Source of the DNA: Candidatus Woesearchaeota archaeon
GTDB taxonomy: Archaea > Nanobdellota > Nanobdellia > Pacearchaeales > GW2011-AR1
NCBI GenBank assembly: GCA_964399015.1
Contig: CAYNOY010000001.1
Span: 1-48,508, forward strand
Direction: 5' to 3'
Length of the DNA: 48,508 nt
Shown here: in pieces, positions 18,762-26,577 of the stretch
Layout of the letters: each line of letters begins with the position of its first letter
Numbering within the stretch: the first letter of the stretch is position 1
Translations under genes and position numbers: made by a program
Notes under the pieces: generated by a model
What the model was told of the DNA's origin: nothing
Seen by the model: the letters and a program-made list of their open reading frames with translations, nothing else
Databases searched by the model: none

Positions 18762-19073
18762 CTACCTACTACGAATATAGCGATTATTAAAACTAAGAGT
18801 ATCGCAATCAACTCCTGGGAACATTTCTTCGGTCATATAGTCTGTTCTACTTTCAGAGAGGTATAAATCAACTTCTTCATCTCCCCTTAAATATTGATAA
18901 ATTAATCTATGTCGCCCATCCAAATGTAAATATTTTTCGCAGGATGTTTTTGCTGGAACTGGTAAAATTTTTCTAGATTCTCCGAGTTTTATAATGTCAC
19001 GTAATTTTCTTGGTTCTACCCAACCTTCTCCAGGAACTATTTGATTGAATCTTGCTTGTATTATTTCTTCCAT
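18762..19073 (-). CDS. ParB/Srx-like nuclease-domain protein (possibly truncated)
   Basis: LHLDGRHRL resembles the DGxHR motif of ParB-like nuclease domains. Confidence 0.4.
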   Translation of the reverse strand: MEEIIQARFNQIVPGEGWVEPRKLRDIIKLGESRKILPVPAKTSCEKYLHLDGRHRLIYQYLRGDEEVDLYLSESRTDYMTEEMFPGVDCDTLSFNNRYIRSR

Positions 19074-19215
19074 GTTAATTTTTGGATAATTTGGAGGTTT
19101 ATAATATTATTGTTTGATAAAACTTAAATAGGCTGAAATAAGAATTATGTTAGTTGAGGTGAAAACCTTAGATTATTCTGAGAGTTATGGAGGTTAAAAT
19201 ATTTGAGAGATTAAG

Positions 19216-19767
19216 ATGGATGAAAATAGAAATGAAATTGAAGTTTTGAGAAATAGGAGGGACATAATTGATAATTCTTTTGAAGAACCTTTCCAGGATT
19301 TAGAAAGGATTTATGGGCAGGTTAAAAAGAGTTTTCCTGAAGTTGTTAGGAAGATTTTTAGCCTTGAGGCAATAGCAAACCCTTTAGTTAATTTTAGGCA
19401 TTTTCTTGTTGATGAAATGAATAAATATATTCTTTCTAAATCCAGTGTTGTTCAGGATTTTGAATCTAAATATGCTTTTCGTGTTTCAGGGTTTATGGAA
19501 TATTTGAAGGAGGGTGGAATTGTTAATATTAATTGTGTGGATGAGAGGGTTAAGACTAATGGTTCGGGTAATGGAGATATTTTAGTTGGGAAAAGATTTG
19601 GATTGTTTTTGAATGAGGGTTTGATGGGATTTTTGGATTTTTATGGTGATAATGGGGCTGGTGAAATTTGGTATGCAGGTAAGGTTCTTGGAAATGGTTT
19701 TGTTAGAATGATTTATGAGGCTGGAGAAGATGTGAGGGTTGATAATTGGGATATTCCTTTTCCTTGA
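19216..19767 (+). CDS. Hypothetical protein
   Basis: ORF only. Confidence 0.4.
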   Translation: MDENRNEIEVLRNRRDIIDNSFEEPFQDLERIYGQVKKSFPEVVRKIFSLEAIANPLVNFRHFLVDEMNKYILSKSSVVQDFESKYAFRVSGFMEYLKEGGIVNINCVDERVKTNGSGNGDILVGKRFGLFLNEGLMGFLDFYGDNGAGEIWYAGKVLGNGFVRMIYEAGEDVRVDNWDIPFP

Positions 19768-19770
19768 TTG

Positions 19771-20469
19771 TTATTTGACTCGTTTGAACCAGATTATTAT
19801 TGCAGTGATTATTATTGTGATTCCTAATGTGAAGATTGGCCAGTTGTAAGTTGTGGGTATGAATTCTGCCACGGTTTTTTGGAATTCAGGATTTTTTAAT
19901 AGCTTTGTGAATTGTCCTTGATTTAGGATTAATTTGAAAAAGTCAATCATCCAAGTGTAAAGGATTAGGATGCTTCCGAGGATTAAGAGTGCCCATTCTT
20001 TTGGATTTATTTTTACGTTTTTCTTTTTAGAATCTAGGTTTAATATTAGGGGTGCGAATGTTGCCATGATTATTGCGCAGATGACTGGGGTTATGACTGG
20101 GCCTATCCACGGAATTGGAATTAGGAATAGGATGTCCCATGTGAATATTGATGATGGCCAGTTTAGAATTATTTTTAACCAGATATAATAAGATATGTCC
20201 CAAACAGCGAATGCGTAAATGAAGTATGCGAATCTTGTGGTGAATTTTTTAGCTGCGAGTATTGCTACTGTGGCGAGCATGATAATTGTGAAGAACTCTC
20301 TGATGATTTCTACATTGTAAATCCATGGTTCAATGTAAGGGTTTAATGGAAATTTGAAACCTGTTGTGTAATAAAGCATTCTAATGTAGACCACAATTAG
20401 TGTTTCTATAAATGCCATTGATAAAGCAAAGATTTCAACGACTGCTAATTTTTTCCATAACTCTTTCAT
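19771..20469 (-). CDS. Multi-pass membrane protein, hypothetical
   Basis: Six or more hydrophobic helices, rich in Trp and Tyr. Confidence 0.45.
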   Translation of the reverse strand: MKELWKKLAVVEIFALSMAFIETLIVVYIRMLYYTTGFKFPLNPYIEPWIYNVEIIREFFTIIMLATVAILAAKKFTTRFAYFIYAFAVWDISYYIWLKIILNWPSSIFTWDILFLIPIPWIGPVITPVICAIIMATFAPLILNLDSKKKNVKINPKEWALLILGSILILYTWMIDFFKLILNQGQFTKLLKNPEFQKTVAEFIPTTYNWPIFTLGITIIITAIIIWFKRVK

Positions 20470-20508
20470 TATTTAATAAAGTGGGTTTTGTTTATAAAAT
20501 TATTTGAA

Positions 20509-20856
20509 TTAAAATAAATCTCTTAGAATTATTTCATTATGACATGCAGCTATTGTAGAACTTATTCCTACAGTATAAAGAAATGCGTTTCCAGGTTTTA
20601 TTTCACTTTTTGCAAATTTTCCAACTTTGTTTGCAATATATCCAAATCCGGTTATTGCAGTTAGGATTGTTGAAAGATAAATTGCTTCTCCACCTAAAAT
20701 TCCATAATTTTCGATAGTAGTATTAAGTAATTGATTTGTTTCTTCTCCATTTAGATTTGTTAGGCCATCTATGGTTGAAGCTATATCTAATGTCATGCCT
20801 ACAAGTAATGTTGATGCTGCTATTTTTGTATTGTTTATTGTTTCTAATAGTGTCAT
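20509..20856 (-). CDS. Small membrane protein, hypothetical
   Basis: ORF with hydrophobic segments. Confidence 0.4.
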   Translation of the reverse strand: MTLLETINNTKIAASTLLVGMTLDIASTIDGLTNLNGEETNQLLNTTIENYGILGGEAIYLSTILTAITGFGYIANKVGKFAKSEIKPGNAFLYTVGISSTIAACHNEIILRDLF

Positions 20857-20944
20857 GTTATTTTTTCTGGTTTGGGACTTTTAAATCTTTAGTATAACAA
20901 TTAATAAAAACATATGTGATTATTTAGGTAGAAGAGGATTGAAA

Positions 20945-21982
20945 ATGGAACCGCATTATATGACTAAGGGGCGAAGGCATGATGAGAATTATTCTGTTAG
21001 GATATTGAATCCGTTTTTGGAGGATTTTGTTAGGATTAGGCATTCGAAGGCGTATCGGCGTTTGGCGGACAAGACGCAGGTGATTAGTTTGCCCAGGAAT
21101 GTTTATACACGGACTCGGCTGACGCATACGGGCGAGGTTGTTGCGATTGCTACAACTATTTCTGAGGCTTTGAAATTGAATACTCCCCTTTGTATGGCAA
21201 TAGGTGAAGGTCATGATATTGGGCATGCACCTTATGGGCATTTGGGTGAAGAGATGTTGACGCAGATTTTGGGGAGGACTTTTCGGCATCCTGTTGGGGG
21301 GCCAATTGTTGCGCAGCATATTGAGAAGGGAAAGCCTAGTGGGTTGAATTTGAGTTTTGAGACGCTTCAGGGAATTCTTTATCATTCGAGGACTAATTCT
21401 GTTCAGCTTAAGGGGATTTCTGGAACGCCTAATGAGTATTCTGTTGTGATGTTTGCAGATAAGATTGCTTATACTTTTTCGGATTTGAATGATGCAATGA
21501 GGTATGGGTTTTTGAAAAATGATGAGTTGCCTGATTTTGTGAATTTTTTGGGGAAGACTCAGAATGAAAGAACATATAGTGTTTTGAATGCATTGATTAA
21601 TGAGAGTAAGGATTGTGGTCGGGTTGAGTTTCAGAGGGGGGAGGTTTATCAGAGTTTTATTAAGACTCGGGAGTTTATGTTTAAGAAAGTTTACAAGGCG
21701 ATTGATCATAGTATTAAGAAGGTGATTCTTCAGAAGGCTCATGAGTTTCTTTCGACTGAACCTGCGTTTTCTTCGGTTAATCCTGAGGCCGCTTTGTTGA
21801 TGTTGACAGATAAGCAAGTTGATGCTCTTGGTCGGTGTGTGAATGAGAGAGGTAGATGTAGGATTGGAGATTTGAGTGGTTTGGGTATTTCAGATTCTTT
21901 GGAAACTTTGAAGGGAAAAGATATTGATTTGTGTGATGCGGATTTGGGGTGGGGTGATGAGAGGGAGAGGGAGGTTATTTAG
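20945..21982 (+). CDS. HD-domain phosphohydrolase, dGTPase-like
   Basis: RTRLTHTGEVVAIA...GEGHDIGHAPYGHLGEE matches the dGTP triphosphohydrolase-type HD motif. The ORF opens with TTG at 20939; the ATG is at 20945. Confidence 0.75.
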   Translation: MEPHYMTKGRRHDENYSVRILNPFLEDFVRIRHSKAYRRLADKTQVISLPRNVYTRTRLTHTGEVVAIATTISEALKLNTPLCMAIGEGHDIGHAPYGHLGEEMLTQILGRTFRHPVGGPIVAQHIEKGKPSGLNLSFETLQGILYHSRTNSVQLKGISGTPNEYSVVMFADKIAYTFSDLNDAMRYGFLKNDELPDFVNFLGKTQNERTYSVLNALINESKDCGRVEFQRGEVYQSFIKTREFMFKKVYKAIDHSIKKVILQKAHEFLSTEPAFSSVNPEAALLMLTDKQVDALGRCVNERGRCRIGDLSGLGISDSLETLKGKDIDLCDADLGWGDEREREVI

Positions 21983-22040
21983 GTTAGGAGTGGGTTTTAT
22001 ATCGAATTGGGGTGGAGAGGTTATTTGATTTGAGTTGTTG

Positions 22041-22112
22041 TTCTCCCCCTGCAGAAAGCCGGTTTCACCTTTTCCTTTCTGCTCTCCAATAACTGTTAGT
22101 GTATAAATTTTA
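22041..22112 (+). repeat. Family-1 structured intergenic element, copy 4 (divergent tail)
   Basis: Outer stem GCAGAAAG:CTTTCTGC and inner stem GGT-TTC-ACC. The tail is replaced by GTGTATAAATTTTAG. Confidence 0.7.
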
Positions 22113-22177
22113 GTATAGTGGTTAGAGGGTTTTATGATTTGTGGAAGGTGTTTAGCGTTTATGAAGATGAGTTTTCT

Positions 22178-22513
22178 TTATATTTTAGAGGGGGTTTTGA
22201 ATTTGTTATATAAGAATATTATTAGACATGCTATTAGGTAGTTGATTATTAGCGTGGTCATTATCATTAAGAGTGCTTGGATGGCTTCTTCAGAACGTGT
22301 AAGAGGAGTTTGATAAATTCCTCTAAAAAAATAACTGTAAATAGTTCCAGGGATTAATATGATTAGAGGGATGAATCCAAAAGTGAATGCCCACCATACT
22401 CCTGGGCCTTCGATGACCATTGCGTATTGCTTTATGTAGGCTATATAGAATGGAATTATGAATGTAAGGATTATTTTCCATTTGGTTGGTTTAAGGAATT
22501 CTTTCACCGTCAT
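22178..22513 (-). CDS. Small membrane protein, hypothetical
   Basis: ORF with three predicted helices. Confidence 0.4.
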   Translation of the reverse strand: MTVKEFLKPTKWKIILTFIIPFYIAYIKQYAMVIEGPGVWWAFTFGFIPLIILIPGTIYSYFFRGIYQTPLTRSEEAIQALLMIMTTLIINYLIACLIIFLYNKFKTPSKI

Positions 22514-22556
22514 TATTATGTTAATGAGTGGATGTTATTAAATGTTTTTGTTTGGT

Positions 22557-22889
22557 CTAACTAACCTTACTACCCAATTCAATTGCGCCGTTAGGATTTA
22601 GAAGTTTGACTTCGCTTTTGTCCCCATTACTTGCTGCTAGAATCATTCCTTGGCTTTCGACGCCTCTGATTGTTCTTGGTTCTAGGTTCATGAAAACAAT
22701 TACTCTTTTTCCTACCATATCTTCTTTACGGTAATATTGTTTTAGGCCTGCTACTATTGTTCTGGTTTCTGGGCCTAGGTCTACTTTTAGTTTGAATAAT
22801 TTGTCTGCGCCTTCAACTTCTTCTGCTTCTAGAACTTCGCCGACTCTTAGATCGAGTTTTTGCCAGTCTTCAAAATTTACGTTTTCCAT
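22557..22889 (-). CDS. Stand-alone tRNA-binding domain protein (Trbp111/CsaA/MetRS C-terminal-like)
   Basis: LDLRVGEVLEAEEVEGADKLFKLKVDLG...IVAGLK...VVFMNLEPRTIRGVESQGMILA is the OB-fold tRNA-binding domain pattern. Confidence 0.8.
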   Translation of the reverse strand: MENVNFEDWQKLDLRVGEVLEAEEVEGADKLFKLKVDLGPETRTIVAGLKQYYRKEDMVGKRVIVFMNLEPRTIRGVESQGMILAASNGDKSEVKLLNPNGAIELGSKVS

Positions 22890-22912
22890 ATTATTTTATC
22901 TTATCTTTTAAT

Positions 22913-23689
22913 TTATCTCAATCCAACATTTCGTAACATTTTTCCAAAGACACCTAATTTATGAGGAACTTCTACTCGAACATCTTCACCTAAAATTCTT
23001 CGAGAAGTATTGATATAGGTTCGAGCGGCTTCGCTCTTTGGATGTGTGTGGATAACTGCGTTTTTCATTACGTGAGATTCTTTTATTGACTCTTCTTCGG
23101 GGATGATTCCTAATATTGGAACTTCAAGCATGTCTTTTATGTTTGAGATAGACATATCTACTTTGTTTCCCCTGTATCTTGTTAGTATAAGTCCTAAAAC
23201 CGGTTTTCCGACTTCTTCTGCTAGCTTGATTGTTTTTAGGGCATCAGTTACTGCAGACATTTCTGGGTTTGTTACTAGAATGATTTCATCGCATGCGTCA
23301 ATTGCTGCTTTTGCTTCTTCACCTAACCCTGCTGCAGAATCGATTAAAACATGATTTGTAATTTTTTTTAGACCTTTAGTAACATTTTGTAATTGGCTGT
23401 AGTTGATTTGTTCTGCTTCGTTTAGTGAAAGTGATGCGGGGATTATTTTAGTGCCTGATTCGTGTTCGTAGATTGCGTCTTCTAGTTTTGCTTGTCCGTC
23501 TAAAACATGATTTAGTGTAATTGGAACGATTGGTGCGCCCAAATGAATTCCGATATTTGGAGTTGTTAGGTTTGCATCAACAATCACGACATCTTCACCT
23601 AGTAGGTTTAGTGAATGTCCTAGGTTTACAGTGGTTGTAGTTTTACCGACACCACCTTTTCCTGAAATAACTGCATATACTTTAGCCAT
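22913..23689 (-). CDS. minD: MinD/ParA-family ATPase
   Basis: Deviant Walker A motif ISGKGGVGKTTTTVNLG, with overall archaeal MinD layout. Confidence 0.85.
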   Translation of the reverse strand: MAKVYAVISGKGGVGKTTTTVNLGHSLNLLGEDVVIVDANLTTPNIGIHLGAPIVPITLNHVLDGQAKLEDAIYEHESGTKIIPASLSLNEAEQINYSQLQNVTKGLKKITNHVLIDSAAGLGEEAKAAIDACDEIILVTNPEMSAVTDALKTIKLAEEVGKPVLGLILTRYRGNKVDMSISNIKDMLEVPILGIIPEEESIKESHVMKNAVIHTHPKSEAARTYINTSRRILGEDVRVEVPHKLGVFGKMLRNVGLR

Positions 23690-23707
23690 CTTTTTGTGTA
23701 ATTAGTA

Positions 23708-24163
23708 TTATTTACTTGAGAGAAAAAGTTTCGTGTAATTTATAAACCTTTCTAGGATTTCTGCATATTCTTTCAATTTATCCAGGTTTACTGCAACCTC
23801 TTCGCCTTTGTAGGTTACTCTTAAACAAACACCTTTTCTAAATTCACCTTCTTTTGTATTTTTTAGAACTCTTATCAATTTGAACATTCGATATTCTGCT
23901 AATGCATCCATTACGTCTTTTTCGTCAGCGAAAACCTCTGCAACTGCGTCGATTCTTAATTTTGGTGCATTAGGAATCTTTTTTATCATCTTTTTTTTCT
24001 TAGCTTTTTCTAACATTGCGTCAAAAGAATAATCCATCATAATTTTCCATCTTTCTAGCAGGTTTATCATGACATCGCATGTTTTAGTATATTTCATACT
24101 AACATACATTAAATGATCTGCGCTTATTTTTTCTTTGATTATTTTTTCTAAGGTTTCAGACAT
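23708..24163 (-). CDS. Hypothetical protein (paralogue of 24266..24667)
   Basis: Shares the N-terminal motif ADHLMYVS / ADHMLYVT with its neighbour. Confidence 0.45.
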   Translation of the reverse strand: MSETLEKIIKEKISADHLMYVSMKYTKTCDVMINLLERWKIMMDYSFDAMLEKAKKKKMIKKIPNAPKLRIDAVAEVFADEKDVMDALAEYRMFKLIRVLKNTKEGEFRKGVCLRVTYKGEEVAVNLDKLKEYAEILERFINYTKLFLSSK

Positions 24164-24265
24164 ATTTGATACTTCTCTCTCTGTTTAAACCCGAAAAAGG
24201 TTAGAAAGAGGGTAAAAATATAAAGGGGTCGCTTCTATATAAAGGTTTGCGAATTTTATTCGGAG

Positions 24266-24667
24266 TTATTTTGGAGGATTTAGGATTTTTGTGTATAAAA
24301 TTTTGGCAGTTTTTAGGTACTCTTTGATTTTTTGGTTGTTTAGTGATTCTATGTTGAGATTGTCTGACATTATGATGACTTTTTGATTTCTTGTGAATTC
24401 CATTGCACTTTGTTTGTGTTTTTGATGTATTGTTAGAATTTCTTTAATTGTTTTGATGTCTTTATGGGAGAGGTTGTATTTTTCTGAGGGATTGTGGAAG
24501 AATGTTTCTTGAGGAGTTATGCAGTTGATTATTGATTTGTTTATTTCGTCAAATATTTTTAGGAGTAGTTTTTGATCGTTGATTAGAGGGTAAGTTACGT
24601 AGAGCATGTGATCTGCGATTTGTAGGCTTTTGATTGCTTGTTGAAGGTTATTGTTATGGATTGTCAT
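24266..24667 (-). CDS. Hypothetical protein (paralogue of 23708..24163)
   Basis: Shares the motif and has a similar length. Confidence 0.45.
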   Translation of the reverse strand: MTIHNNNLQQAIKSLQIADHMLYVTYPLINDQKLLLKIFDEINKSIINCITPQETFFHNPSEKYNLSHKDIKTIKEILTIHQKHKQSAMEFTRNQKVIIMSDNLNIESLNNQKIKEYLKTAKILYTKILNPPK

Positions 24668-24742
24668 TAAGATTAATAGAGGTTTAGAATTAATAATCTT
24701 TGTTGTGATTGAATTTTCTTTGTGGAAATTGAGATGTGTTGT

Positions 24743-24818
24743 TTTGCGCCACCGCGAAAGGCCGTGCTCGCACTTTTCCCTTTCGCCCTCAATTACTGAT
24801 ATGGTTAAAATTTTATAA
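24743..24818 (+). repeat. Family-1 structured intergenic element, copy 5 (divergent tail)
   Basis: Outer stem GCGAAAGG:CCTTTCGC and inner stem GTGC-TC-GCAC. The tail is GGTTAAAATTTTATAAG. Confidence 0.7.
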
Positions 24819-24823
24819 GTTCA

Positions 24824-25033
24824 TTAGGTTAATGTTCTATGGAGAAATATTCCGTAAGCAAGATATTTACAAAAATAAGTTGAAGATGCATCTGTTAATG
24901 CTTCTTTTTTGGATTTTCCTAGAGATCTGTGTTTGTGATATAAATCTATATCTCCTAATATTGGAACAACGACATCAAAAGTTGTTCTGAGCAATTCCCA
25001 TTCCTTTTGAACCTTTGCATCTAATTTTGACAT
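24824..25033 (-). CDS. Small hypothetical protein
   Basis: ORF downstream of nac. Its 3' end abuts family-1 copy 5. Confidence 0.35.
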   Translation of the reverse strand: MSKLDAKVQKEWELLRTTFDVVVPILGDIDLYHKHRSLGKSKKEALTDASSTYFCKYLAYGIFLHRTLT

Positions 25034-25071
25034 ATTATATAAAGAATTAATTTAGTTAATAAAATTTGTGA

Positions 25072-25431
25072 TTAACCTAATGTTAACATTGCCTCTGTTA
25101 GGTCGCCTTCTGCTTCGTTTAATGCTTTTTGGGCTTCTTCTTCTGTGCAATTTGTTTTTTCGATTAGGGTTTTTACATCTTCTTCGCTGTTGTCTTCTTC
25201 AGGTTCTTCTTTGGGTGTTGTTTCTTCGTCTGCTTCTATTTCTGAAACATCTCCTGAGATTTGGAAGTTTTCTTGTCCTTGCATGTTGACTTTCATTACA
25301 GAAGGATTTTCAATAATTATTTTTTTGTCGTCGCATTCTATGATTACTCGGTTAGCGTCAATTTCTGTTTGAGACATTCCCATCTGTTTCATTACAGCTT
25401 GCATTTTTTTTGGGTTTAATCCTGGGAACAT
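25072..25431 (-). CDS. nac: Nascent polypeptide-associated complex protein (archaeal NAC)
   Basis: The N-terminus NPKKMQAVMKQMGM, a NAC beta-barrel segment, and the C-terminal UBA-like EEEAQKALNEAEGDLTEAMLTL. Confidence 0.88.
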   Translation of the reverse strand: MFPGLNPKKMQAVMKQMGMSQTEIDANRVIIECDDKKIIIENPSVMKVNMQGQENFQISGDVSEIEADEETTPKEEPEEDNSEEDVKTLIEKTNCTEEEAQKALNEAEGDLTEAMLTLG

Positions 25432-25434
25432 TTT

Positions 25435-25599
25435 TTAACCTGTTGGAAAGAATATTTTCATTACTGCTACGAAAGTTACGATAGCGATTATGAATATAAC
25501 TACGTGAGTAGGTTTTAACATAAGTTTACTTTTGTATTCTTCGTTGTATCGCATTAGTCCGCCGAAAGCGCCGGGCATTTGCATTGATTGTTGTGCCAT
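25435..25599 (-). CDS. Preprotein translocase subunit Sec61-beta (54 aa)
   Basis: Hand-translated: MAQQSMQMPGAFGGLMRYNEEYKSKLMLKPTHVVIFIIAIVTFVAVMKIFFPTG. The GLxRY motif and single C-terminal transmembrane helix fit Sec61-beta. The ORF is too short to appear in the ORF track. Confidence 0.65.
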   Translation of the reverse strand: MAQQSMQMPGAFGGLMRYNEEYKSKLMLKPTHVVIFIIAIVTFVAVMKIFFPTG

Positions 25600-25670
25600 G
25601 TTGATTTGAGGATTGGGGAGTTTTTAAGGTTTTTGGGTGTTGGAAGTGGAGGGTTATTTGGTGAAGGTTG

Positions 25671-25749
25671 TTTTCCTCCGCCGCGAAAGGCCGTGCTCGC
25701 ACTTTCCCCTTTCTGCTCCTTGTAGGAATTATGTTGTCAAGAATTTAAT
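25671..25749 (+). repeat. Family-1 structured intergenic element, copy 6
   Basis: The outer stem GCGAAAGG:CCTTTC(T)GC has one bulge. The inner stem is GTGC-TC-GCAC. The tail is ATGTTGTCAAGAATTTAAT. Confidence 0.8.
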
Positions 25750-25785
25750 TGTGGAAAGGGATTAATTGAGGAGGCATGTAAAAAT

Positions 25786-26238
25786 TTATAATTGGTCATA
25801 CAATTCATTAACTTCAGATAAATCATAGATATCGCAACCATTATCTGCGAGTTTTGATTTTAATAAAGAATTTCCAGTTAAAACACAAAAATTAATTTTT
25901 TTCCATTTTAATAAACTCGCAGCTTTGATTATTGAATCAGATTCAACCTTAGATAGAATATCAATTTCACTACATGCCTCTAATAAACAACATAATGTAA
26001 TAGGTAAACAACCATTAGAACAATTTTCTTCAATTAATTCTTTAGTTTGAGAAGTTACTAATAATAATTTTCCCTTATTATCTGCATGTTTATTAGCTGA
26101 AATTTCTTGTAGTCCTAATAATGCATTTCTATTTGGGTCGTTTTCATCATACATAGCACTATGATAAGAGTCACAGATAATACTATCAATAATTATTAAA
26201 TCGTAAGGCATCTTAACACTTTTTACAAATCGAGACAA
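25786..26238 (-). CDS. Hypothetical Cys-rich protein, second gene of a two-gene cassette
   Basis: ORF only. The alternative start ATG at 26211 lies 1 nt after the upstream gene's stop codon. Confidence 0.4.
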   Translation of the reverse strand: MSRFVKSVKMPYDLIIIDSIICDSYHSAMYDENDPNRNALLGLQEISANKHADNKGKLLLVTSQTKELIEENCSNGCLPITLCCLLEACSEIDILSKVESDSIIKAASLLKWKKINFCVLTGNSLLKSKLADNGCDIYDLSEVNELYDQL

Positions 26239-26434
26239 TACCCTCTTTTGTCAAGGGAGCTGCGTCTTCTATAAAAACTGGCGAGTTTATACTAACTCTA
26301 AGAATTAGGTTGTCGTCTTCTCTAGCACCCTCTATTACTGCTTTGGCTCTTTCAGACACCCCACCTTCTAAATTTATTTCTTTTCTCTTCATATATTCTA
26401 TCTTCATAAATTTTTTTTCCATTTTGTTTTTCAC
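26213..26434 (-). CDS. Small hypothetical protein, first gene of a two-gene cassette
   Basis: ORF opens with GTG at 26434; an ATG lies at 26422. A perfect 8-bp inverted repeat is found just upstream at 26448-26465. Confidence 0.4.
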   Translation of the reverse strand: MKNKMEKKFMKIEYMKRKEINLEGGVSERAKAVIEGAREDDNLILRVSINSPVFIEDAAPLTKEGIVSICKKC

Positions 26435-26548
26435 CCCTTATAGTTTTAGATAGTTGGAACTATCTTATAAATATTATGGAAAGCTACTTAATATAGTTTT
26501 TGGTTGATTTTAGGTGACGCTAACTTAACAGCTCACCAAACAATAACA

Positions 26549-26556
26549 TTTAAAAT
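26549..26556 (+). promoter_or_regulatory. TATA box (TTTAAAAT) for leaderless valS
   Basis: The box starts 29 nt upstream of the ATG at 26578. Confidence 0.5.
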
Positions 26557-26577
26557 CCTTCTTAACTTGGAAAAATT

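Noticed and set aside
18762-18764. TAG reassignment (for example pyrrolysine) as the explanation for the in-frame TAG
   Set aside because: TAG appears to end several other well-delimited genes here (stops at 1646, 11297, 21982, 34944, 36869 and 38241). No pyl genes are visible.
25735-25749. Bacterial sigma-70-type promoter, from the TTGACA on the minus strand of family-1 tails
   Set aside because: No -10-like hexamer sits at the right spacing, and the gene content is archaeal. An archaeal TATA-like reading of the adjacent A/T box is more plausible.
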